Source: Cyanophora paradoxa CCMP329 (lineage: Eukaryota > Plantae > Glaucophyta). Taken from it: 64,000 nucleotides of DNA. The notes below the pieces were generated by a model. That model ran no database searches. It had not been told where the DNA came from and saw only the letters and a program-made list of their open reading frames with translations. The position numbers and the translations under genes were made by a program. The stretch spans positions 118,214-182,213 of the forward strand of contig QPMI01000178.1 in assembly GCA_004431415.1 (NCBI GenBank), written 5' to 3'. Within the stretch, counting starts at the first letter, position 1; every line of letters starts with the position of its first letter. This document shows positions 40,419 through 50,100 of the stretch, in pieces.

Positions 40419-40711
40419 ACACATAGAGAAACGCGGCGTTTAAACCCTCGGCTAATCTTAATTGATCTTGTTAATATCTCTCGTATATTTTATATCAATC
40501 AATCGATAATCTGTGTGAAATCTATCAAATTATTAAATATTTTGATTTTTGTGTATTTCATTTATAATTTATTGATGTTCTATGGTAAATTTATCTTAAT
40601 TTCGATTTGTCTTACTTAAATCAATCGTGAATTTGTATAAGTTTCCGAATAATATAACTGGATCTTAATTAGATCTTGCCTCCGGTTTAAACGCCGCGTT
40701 TCTCTATGTGT
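40419..40711. repeat. Imperfect ~293-nt palindrome (opened hairpin terminus) with perfect 28-bp outer arms
   Basis: ACACATAGAGAAACGCGGCGTTTAAACC (40419-40446) is the reverse complement of 40684-40711. The AT-rich interior pairs in short blocks. Confidence 0.9.
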
Positions 40712-40830
40712 GATTTTAACGCAATAAACGCGATTAATATGCAAATTCGATATAATCTCGATTGAAGGAACATAATTTTTGTGATATAATCACGAATGAA
40801 GTAGTCCACCGCCCATTCTATTGTAAAACG

Positions 40831-41195
40831 CAAAAATTCACACAGAGTTGCATTACGTCCAATTAAACAATCGATGAGATTCCGGGAAACAAATTCACAC
40901 AGAGTTGCATTATGTCCAATTAAACAATCGATGAGATTGCGGGAAACAAAAATGACCCCAGAGTTGCATTATGTCCAATTAAACAATCGATGAGATTTCG
41001 GGAAACAAAAATGACCCCAGAGTTGCATTACGTCCAATTAAACAATCGATAAGATTCCTGTTAAATTTCTACTGTATCAAAAATGACCCCAGAGTTGCAT
41101 TATGTCCAATTAAACAATCGATAAGATTGGATTCTGTTTTTTACTGTATCAAAATTGTGTTTCAAGTGTAACATGTCCAATTAAACAGTCGATAA
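40831..41195. repeat. Subterminal tandem repeats, 39-bp core CAGAGTTGCATTA(C/T)GTCCAATTAAACAATCGAT(G/A)AGATT, 5 copies plus 1 degenerate
   Basis: Cores start at 40843, 40900, 40959, 41018 and 41090 (periods 57, 59, 59, 72), with a partial copy at ~41172. Confidence 0.95.
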
Positions 41196-41200
41196 TCAAT

Positions 41201-41478
41201 GTGTAACAGGTGAATCCCAAGGTGTAACGGGTGTAACAGGTAAATCCCAAAGTTTTGGATTTTTCATCTCCTATGAGGAAAGTTTGGGAAACACCTGTTA
41301 CACCTGTTACATGACACTATAATCAATGTAAGGAATCGAATATATTAATGCTTTGTTTGATAGATGTAACAGGTGAATCCCAAGGTGTAACAGGTGTAAC
41401 AGGTAAATCCCAAAGTTTTGGGTTTTTGGCCTCCCTAGGAGCGAAGTTTGGGATTTACCTGTTACACCTGTTACACCT
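41201..41478. repeat. Two iteron-containing inverted repeats (GGTGTAACA/TGTTACACC); putative origin or protein-binding array
   Basis: Copy 2 has perfect 32-bp arms at 41383-41414 and 41447-41478 around a 32-nt loop. Copy 1 (41201-41311) is imperfect. Confidence 0.85.
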
Positions 41479-41526
41479 GACGATATTCAATAAGACATGT
41501 TATATTTCTTCAAAATCTCAGTGTGA

Positions 41527-41925
41527 TTAACTCGGAAATCGCGCTGCTATCTGCTTCTCCGCTTTCTCCAACCCTGAAAAGATCTCTGTTATTCTCTCAT
41601 CTATCAATTTAGATATTACGGAGGTCTTACTTTGCGCTTCGGTTCCGCAAGTGAATACATCAATCGCTAACATTCCTTGGTCAGAGTAACAATGAGCGGT
41701 GCAATGGCTCTCATCAAGAAGTAATACCATCGCAAAACCCGGTGGCGAAACACCACCATCGAAAATCTCGCAATGCTTGTGAACAACTCGGATACCTTGC
41801 TCTTGTATAATAGATTGTAAAAATTGCATTAACCACGTTGTTGTGGTCTCCAAGTTTTCCAATCCCACCATGAATGGATGATTGAACTTGTAATCTAACA
41901 TTACATGGGAACCGCGATGATTCAT
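41527..41925 (-). CDS. speD: S-adenosylmethionine decarboxylase proenzyme (pyruvoyl-dependent, short prokaryotic-type SpeD)
   Basis: 132 aa with GSHVMLD, the LLDE|SH autocleavage motif and AIDVFTCG. Confidence 0.9.
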   Translation of the reverse strand: MNHRGSHVMLDYKFNHPFMVGLENLETTTTWLMQFLQSIIQEQGIRVVHKHCEIFDGGVSPPGFAMVLLLDESHCTAHCYSDQGMLAIDVFTCGTEAQSKTSVISKLIDERITEIFSGLEKAEKQIAARFPS

Positions 41926-41965
41926 TTATGAATTATATAGAAAAATAAAAAACGAAATTGGTAGG

Positions 41966-42115
41966 ATGCGAACCATCTTAGCGAAAGTATTTCCGTATGA
42001 GTTGGTCGATATCATAATGCTCCATTATCATAAGACATGTCCGAATTGCTTTGATACTTGCATAATAACCAAAGGTAAATGCGGAAAGATGCTCATTTCT
42101 CTTTCGAAACTCTAA
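41966..42115 (+). CDS. Small 49-aa Cys-rich ORF with an F-box-like N-terminus (below the ORF-track cutoff)
   Basis: MRTILAKVFPYELVDIIMLHYHKTCPNCFDTCIITKGKCGKMLISLSKL*. It fills the intergenic gap, has an A-rich upstream region, and its stop overlaps the convergent stop at 42112-42114. Confidence 0.45.
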   Translation: MRTILAKVFPYELVDIIMLHYHKTCPNCFDTCIITKGKCGKMLISLSKL

Positions 42116-42384
42116 TCAAAATATAACATAATCGGTTTCTCTTCTATTACGATTCCCCATGTAGTCTTTTTTCTGTATGCATGAGAGTGTTTCTTAGAAC
42201 ACTGTCTACATCCTGACCCCTTTATATGGTTAAATCCATAAGTCTGAAAGACTTTATTACATTGCAGGCATCTCACAGATACCTTCTCTTGCGCCTTTTT
42301 ATAGACAGTTTCGGTGTAATCAAACTTATCAAGTCCATGAACCATTATCGCAGACTCAATAAATCTCCTTGTTTTTTCATCCAT
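42112..42384 (-). CDS. Zn-ribbon protein (DUF723-like module found in viral/phage nuclease-associated proteins)
   Basis: FIESAIMVHGLDKFDYTETVYKKAQEKVSVRCLQCNKVF....NHIKGSGCRQC. Confidence 0.75.
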   Translation of the reverse strand: MDEKTRRFIESAIMVHGLDKFDYTETVYKKAQEKVSVRCLQCNKVFQTYGFNHIKGSGCRQCSKKHSHAYRKKTTWGIVIEEKPIMLYFD

Positions 42385-42405
42385 TCCTCTATATATACCG
42401 TAGAT

Positions 42406-43251
42406 TTATGGTAGCGGATCGCTACCGCCGATGGGATTATAGAGATTTGTGGTTAGATATTGACCATAGCGGTTTCCTCTTGCGATTGCATCGTTTCTTT
42501 CGGCATACATAATAACCGTGAATGTTCCTTGTTGTGTTGCCCTAATTATATATTCATCATCTTGCGTATCCAAAAGAGGCAATGAATGGAAAGCAAGACC
42601 AAAATTATCGACGGGGACTACTTGAACTGTAATACGTGGTCTTGCTCCATCGGTTCTCCTACATAATGCATAAATATCCGCAGGTAGCTTTTCGGTATAT
42701 CTGTAATGGTTTCCCAGCGGTTCTATTATGTCAATTACGGCAGTTTGCAGGTTTATTATAATCGTGTTTATTTTAATAATGTAAGGTTCATTCATACCCG
42801 GGCAATACGTTCTAATTCTCGTGTTTTCATCATCAGGATTGGGTTGGTCATTTACGATTAGAGGCGCTCCAATGATACCACCAACTCTTAGTCCGTCCCC
42901 AATATAAGCGCCTCCGGATCTACATTTAATTGCGCCCCTTCTTGCTTCGTAAGCAAAGTTGGTAACCTTATTATCATCATTGTAACTGTCGGGATCTCCA
43001 TAATGAGCGTTGAAGTTCGCATTTGTTACAAGAAGTCTCGTTGTTTTCACCACTCCACTGTTGGTGTCACATCGCAACTCTCTCAGTCTCAGCATATGAG
43101 TATCACCGAAGGTATTGAGAGTTGGTGCGATTTCTGTGGATTCGAGACCATCGATATTATCGATAATAGCATGCTGTAATACGTGGTTTGCGGGCGCAGC
43201 TAACGATAGTTGCGCAGTTAAGATGCGTTCAGGTGGTGCAGGTGCAGCCAT
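42406..43251 (-). CDS. Putative virion fibre-associated protein, paralogue A (281 aa)
   Basis: Shares ELR.D.NSGVVKTT.LLVTNANF, SGGA.IG.G.RV.G, LP..IY..CR and I.Y..RND with its neighbour. Confidence 0.6.
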   Translation of the reverse strand: MAAPAPPERILTAQLSLAAPANHVLQHAIIDNIDGLESTEIAPTLNTFGDTHMLRLRELRCDTNSGVVKTTRLLVTNANFNAHYGDPDSYNDDNKVTNFAYEARRGAIKCRSGGAYIGDGLRVGGIIGAPLIVNDQPNPDDENTRIRTYCPGMNEPYIIKINTIIINLQTAVIDIIEPLGNHYRYTEKLPADIYALCRRTDGARPRITVQVVPVDNFGLAFHSLPLLDTQDDEYIIRATQQGTFTVIMYAERNDAIARGNRYGQYLTTNLYNPIGGSDPLP

Positions 43252-43270
43252 TTAATATATCGAAACATAA

Positions 43271-44116
43271 TTATGGGACGGGATCTTCGGGGTATGGTTC
43301 ATTATAGAAATTCGATAGTTGAGCATCGGGATTTATGCAGTTAGCAACAGCCCATGCCGCCTCATCATTACGATATCCATAAATCATAATATCATAACCT
43401 CCAACCTCAGATGCCCAAAAATCAAAAGTGTTGGGTTGTGTTGCAGGATTTCTTATAACCCATCCACGCCCTCCATGACCTACCGCTTGAACAATGAATG
43501 TATATCCTTCTACACCTCCATTCTGAGAGCGACACATGGAGTAAATCGCTTTCGGTAAAAGTTGATCAGCCATTTTCCAAGGTCCGTCAATACCTTGGGG
43601 TTGGGTAGCATCATTTATATTTACATTTGCTCGTATGATAGCAAAAGCATATGGGGAATCTCCACATGGAAGAAACATACGCATTCGTTGGGGATTATCT
43701 GCATGTTCAGGTAAGGTGTCCGGAATATCGTTAAACGCAGCAGAAGAGCCAAGCATTCCGGATACTCGGCATCCACCACCAATGACAGCGCCTCCTGATC
43801 GGATAACGGCGGCGGCTCGCGTATTGTCGAATTGGAATGCTTTGATATCTACACCATACGCATCGGGTTCTCCGTTTGCTGATTGAAAATTCGCATTTGT
43901 AACCAATAATTGAGTTGTTTTTACCACACCCGAATTCTTATCGGCTCGTAGTTCTTTTACGCGAATCACACTGTTTTTATCGAACGCATTTCCTGAGTTT
44001 GCGCGTTCTGTTGATTCCATACCACGAATCTCATCGGATACTTCATGTTGTCTGAAATGAATTGCGGGCGCACCCAATGCGTAAACCGGTAATTGGACTC
44101 GGTTGTATTCACCCAT
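43271..44116 (-). CDS. Putative virion fibre-associated protein, paralogue B (281 aa)
   Basis: Tandem paralogue of 42406-43251 with the same length and the same motifs. Confidence 0.6.
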   Translation of the reverse strand: MGEYNRVQLPVYALGAPAIHFRQHEVSDEIRGMESTERANSGNAFDKNSVIRVKELRADKNSGVVKTTQLLVTNANFQSANGEPDAYGVDIKAFQFDNTRAAAVIRSGGAVIGGGCRVSGMLGSSAAFNDIPDTLPEHADNPQRMRMFLPCGDSPYAFAIIRANVNINDATQPQGIDGPWKMADQLLPKAIYSMCRSQNGGVEGYTFIVQAVGHGGRGWVIRNPATQPNTFDFWASEVGGYDIMIYGYRNDEAAWAVANCINPDAQLSNFYNEPYPEDPVP

Positions 44117-44165
44117 TGCTTCTTTTACTAAGAAGATTAGAAAAATAAAGCGATCTGTGAGTTAA

Positions 44166-47100
44166 TTATGGTATACCATGACATGTCCAATGGATAGTGC
44201 ATGTGATACTTCGACTTTCAGATAGAGTAGGGGATGCTATGAATGTCACATAGATTGTTGTGTAGTTAGCTGTGGAGTTTGAGATTCCAATTCTAAAATC
44301 TACATCCCCTGGGTTTGTTGCAGGAGTTCCTTGAAGTGTGGCATTTACAACAGGTGTCTGAGTGTAAAAAGGTGGGTCCCAATATAAAACATATGCATGC
44401 TGTGTTGTTTGACCCGCGCTTATAACACCACTTGTGGCTTGATATTTTCCTGATTTGAAACGTCTTTCTATATCATACCAAGATGGAACTTGGCTGATTG
44501 TGTTTGTGGTTCCTGCATTCATCGCATAAAATGCTCTTGCATAAGCATTTCCACGACAGAGCAGTGTTTTATCATAAAAGTTTGCGGAATTGTGGAAGAA
44601 CCATGTTTCTTGGTTTGTGGGTGATGCAGGAGTTACTATTGAACCCGATCCTACATACATAGTATTATTTGCTGTGATCGTATTGGCTGTGAATGGATCA
44701 AAAGAAGGCAAATCTGAGATTTCTGATTTAGTGTGAGTATGGGCAAAATCTGTAATATTTGCCTTTGTGTGAGTATGTGCAAAATCTGTGATATCTGCTT
44801 TGCTGTGTGAGTGAGGACCGACAGATGTTGAAGCTGTTGGTTTTCCGAAGATATTATCCCAATGACAGTAACCACTGTGTGAAGTTACAGCAGGGTTTTT
44901 GCTCCATCCAACAGCAATTGGACCGGGTAAATAAATTCTTCCTTTCTGTCCATGAACACCAACTTTGGTTAGTCCTTCACAATTTATTCCAACATACTGT
45001 TTGAATTCCTTTGATGGGTCGATTGCAGTAGAATAGGCATTTACTCGTAAATATGTATACACAGTTGTTGGAGGATAAATTCCCACCACATCAAAGTATC
45101 TACAATTGTAATGACAAGCATAATAGATATAACAAGATTTCATTCCTGTTGGGACATTCCAATACATTTTACAGCTACTACAATCTTCATCAGAAGCAGC
45201 CCATGTGTTCGCCCAAGTATTTGTGTCCCCTGTCAATATTCCTCCGTTGTAATTTCTCCAATCACCTGTGCGATCTGTGGAAATAATACTTGTAGCGTCA
45301 AAATTTGTGGGCGCTGTGTATGTTGGCTTGTTAATTAAATCATCATAATTTCCGGTTGTCGCAACAGTTGCAAATGTTGGTTTGTCTGTAATATCATTCC
45401 ATAAATGAGTGTGAGCTGTTGCCGGAAATGTTAATGGTTTTTCTGTTATACTACTCCAAGGGTGTGTATGAGCATCGGGCGGAAACAGCAAAGGTTTATT
45501 TGTAATACCTATCCAATCATGAGTATGAGCAGCAGGTGCAAATGTTAATGGTTTGTCTGTGATGTCCGCCCATAAATGAGAGTGAGCAGCAGGAGCAAAT
45601 GTTAACGGTTTGTCTGTGATGTCCGCCATAAATGAGTGTGGGCAAATCAGTAATTTGAGACTTTGTGTGAGTGTGAGTAGTAGGAGTGAACGCTAACGGT
45701 TTGTCTGTGATGTCCGCCCATAAATGATTGTGGGCGAAGTCTGTTATTTGAGACTTTGTGTGAGTGTGAGCATCAGGAGCAAAGGTTAATGGTTTACCTG
45801 TAATGGTTGTCCATGCATGAGAATGAGCATCAGGAGCAAAGGTTAATGGTTTATCGGTGATGTCGTTCCATAAATGAGAATGGGCAGCAGGAGCAAAGGT
45901 TAACGGTTTGTCTGTGATGTCATTCCATAAATGAGAATGGGAAAAGTCTGATATTTGGTCTTTTGTGTGAGTATGAACATCAGGAGCAAACGTTAACGGT
46001 TTGTCTGTGATATTTGACCACGCAGGTGTGTGGTTCTGTATCCAACCTTGAACCACATTTGATGTGGTATAGTTTGGAATGCTTGCATTTGAAGAAACGA
46101 TTAAATTTCTAATATGAACATTTTCAGCAGAAATGCGTAGATTATCAGGAATAACGATTGTTTGCTTTTTTGGAAAGCCAAAATAATCTTGCATATAATA
46201 TCTCACTTTTTGCCTTTCATCAAATGTCAATGCTCTGTTGAATATAATATATTCCCCTACTGCCGTAATGAAATAGGCAACACCCATCCTACTAAAAGTG
46301 GAAGGTGGAAGATAATCCACTTCTGTAATGACTGTGCCTAAATCTTGTCCGTTAAATCCGAAAGTGCAGACATTTGAAGAAACTGTAAAGTCCCAATGAT
46401 TCGGCGACAACTCAGAATACGATGTGGGATAATTTAAGTGTGCTGCTGGGTAAGTCACACCATTGCTTGTATAAGAATGTATACCCATACTGCTACCTGT
46501 TGTCCCAAAGGATACTTTATTAGTTCCATCTGGTGAACTAAAATTTAAGAGATCTACCCACGGTTCCCAAAATCTATAAGAACCTGCAAAGAAGATGGTG
46601 ATACCTTTTGACCAATCCACAGTTACGGGATACGGCATTCCAAATTCCCGGCTTGTATATGAATAAGTAGGTTGTTGGGCAATGTTTCGGTTATTGTAAT
46701 CAGATCTCAATTGAGTTATTGTGTTGTATCCTGACCATGGAAGGTTACCCCGGAAATAAAGGGAATTGCCGTAGTTGCTCTATTTGCAATAAAGGCGTGA
46801 CTGATGTTTATGCCGACAGGGACAACATCTAATCTTATTGTTAAGAGGCAATCTGGTATGGCAAAAGCGGGGTCTGTATTAGAAGTAACAGGATAATAGG
46901 GTGCGTCATAGTATACATCAATGTTTGTATTTTTGTCTCCAATTTGAATTTTTCCTATAACATTCAAGTTGGATGAAATCGTAAGATTTGAGGAAATTGT
47001 TCCTCCTGTGAGAGGCAAGTAATCATGAGTGTGCGCAGAAGGGGCAAACGTTGATGGTTTGTCTGTGATGTCATTCCATAAATGAGTGTGGGCAAAGTCT

Positions 47101-50100
47101 GTTATCTCTGACTTTGTATGAGAATGGGCGAAATCTGTAATTTGAGACTTTGTGTGAGTGTGCGCAGAAGGAGTAAACGTGAGCGGTTTGTCTGTGAGAT
47201 CTGCCCATAAATGGGTGTGTGCAAAATCTGTAATCTCTGACTTTGTGTGAGAATGGGCGAAATCTGTAATTTGAGACTTTGTGTGAGTGTGCGCAGAAGG
47301 AGTAAACGTGAGCGGTTTGTCTGTGAGATCTGCCCATAAATGGGTGTGTGCAAAATCTGTAATCTCTGACTTCGTATGAGAATGGGCAAAATCTGTTATT
47401 TGTGATTTTGTGTGAGTGTGAGTAGTAGGAGTAAATGTTAACGGTTTGTCTGTGAGGTCTGCCCATAAATGAGTGTGGGCAAAATCTGTTATCTCTGACT
47501 TTGTGTGAGAATGGGCGAAATCTGTTATTTGTGATTTTGTGTGAGTGTGAGTAGTAGGAGTAAATGTTAACGGTTTGTCTGTGAGATCTGCCCATAAATG
47601 AGTGTGGGCAAAATCTGTTATCTCTGACTTTGTGTGAGTGTGAATAGCAGGAGTAAACGTTAATGGTTTGTCTGTGATGTCCTCCCATAAATGAGAATGG
47701 GCGAAATCTGTTATTTGTGATTTTGTGTGAGAATGAGTATCAGGCGCAAATGTTAACGGTTTATCTGTGATGTCCGCCCATAAATGAGTATGGGCGAAAT
47801 CTGTTATCTCTGACTTTGTGTGAGAATGAGCATCATGAGCAAAAGTTAATGGTTTATCTGTGATATTTGACCACGCAGGTGTGTGGTTCTGTATCCAACC
47901 TTGAACCACATTTGATGTGGTATAGTTTGGAATGATAGCATTTGAACCAATGTGTAAGTTGTTTAGATAGAGATAATTTGCTGATATTCGCATATTATCA
48001 GGATAGTAAAGAGGTTGAGTTATAGGAAATCCATACATCTGCTGAATATAATACCTCACCTGTTGCTTCTCAATCTCGGTCAAGGCTCTATTGAAAACAA
48101 GTAGTTCTGCAAACTCTCCCCCAATATTTGCAGGTCCTAAATTATTAAATGATGATGGTGGAAGCCAGTTACCAGCAACAGTTCCTAAATGCTTCCCATT
48201 CATTGAATATGATATGCTGTTTGAAGTAATGGTTGTGTCCCAGTATGCAAATTTGTAATTTGCATATTCCTCATAAGGCATATAGACAGTTGGGAGATTA
48301 CTATATGTTGGTGTTCCATATTGCATGTTAACCCCATCAGCAACATGGACATATCTATTCATGCCCCATTTGCAAACAGGTGGGTTCACAAACCAATCTA
48401 TGTGTGTGCCATTCCTTACTTCATGCACATTATAATTAAACACGCCAAACACTGCATGGACCAATGTAAGTGACCTCACACTACACACACTAAATATTGT
48501 TATTCCCTCACTCCAATCCACAGTATCATTTCTGTTTGAAAACAAATGAATGGATGAATTGGGGTTGTCAGATGCTTTCAAAGTAAGTTGGTTATTTAGT
48601 AATGGATTTATTTTATAGTATGATTCCCGTGAGGAACCAGTCATAAAAAATTGTGGAATGAATGGAACAGCCAATGTTGCTCGGTTGGTGATCGTTGTTC
48701 CATGCCCATTTTGTAGATGGGCATAGCCAGATGGTTTTGCAGCTATAAGACAATTCGGAATTGTAAATGCAGGGTCAGTGTTGGATGTGATAGGATAATA
48801 GGGTGTGTCATAAGTCACATCTAAAACCGTCCCATGAGTTCCTAATTGAATGTTGCTTGACACTTTGAGATTACCCGAGATGGTAAGATTACTTGACAGT
48901 GTCCCTCCTGTGAGAGGTAAGTAATCTGATATCCATTCCTGAACCACATTTGATGCTGTTAAAGGTGCTATCCACTCTTGAACCACATTCGATGCAGTTA
49001 ATGGCGCAATCCACTCTTGAACCACATTCGATGCTGTTAAAGGTCCAATCCATTCCTGAACTACATTCGATGCAGTCAATGGTGCTATCCACTCTTGAAC
49101 TACATTCGATGCCGTTAAAGGTGCTGTCCATTCTTGAACCACATTAGAAGAAGTATAATCACTCTCTATGTTATTTATTCTTGTTGCAAGTGCGGCATCC
49201 TCAGTTTGGAGTGCTGTAATTGCCTCTTGTTGTGTATAAATACTCTCTTCCAAGCTATTTGTTTTTTCTTGAAGGCTCATAGTCGATACTGTGCCTGAGG
49301 TTGATGTAGTCATAATAACGTTCGTCGCCAAGAGGGTGCCGGTTACTTTAAACTCATTAGTTCTAACAAGAATCTTGTTGTTATCCAATGGATATGGATT
49401 TAAAGGGTCTTCCGGAAAACCGTATTTTTGCTGTAAATACCATCTAATATTTTGTAGTTCTGTATCTGAAAGGGTTCTACCATAACAAAGGAGTTCGCAT
49501 AAATCGAATTTTGAAACGCTATCACCCACATGTATTTTATTGACATCTTGGCGTGGATATCTTGAATCGGCAGGAACAGATATTGTATCTCTATGTTTTC
49601 CATTTACACCAAAATGAACAGTTGTGCTTGTTACTCGAATATCGAACATTGTCCAAGAATTCCCTTCTGTTGTTGATATTGGAATGCTCACTAAATCGTA
49701 GCCATTCTTATTGACATTCAAATACCCGCTTGTTTTAGTAATCAACCAACTGAGATTGTTTCCATTCACATGTGTTGAGCCGTCGATTCGTAAAACTGTT
49801 TCATTTGGAACGCTTGGTTTAAATCGAATGACAAATGAGACCGTAATTCCGCTGAAAGGAATAGTATCATAAAGAGTAGAAGTTTGATATTGATAATTGA
49901 TGAATGAAAATGTGTTTGTGGTAGCCACCTGGTAGAACTTTTTACTATTTGGACCGAGGAAGCTGAAAGTAACACTGCCGTAACTAACAAGAGTGTTAAC
50001 TACATTAATATAATTCCAAACTGAGCCGCCCCTTGCGTAATTTTTGAGTTCATAAACAAGCGCTCCACTCTTCCAATTATCAGAGTTTGCGTTAAAGTGA

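Noticed and set aside
40843-41195. CRISPR-like array (39-bp repeat with 18-33-bp spacers)
   Set aside because: The spacers are near-copies of each other and there are no cas genes; it is a tandem repeat.
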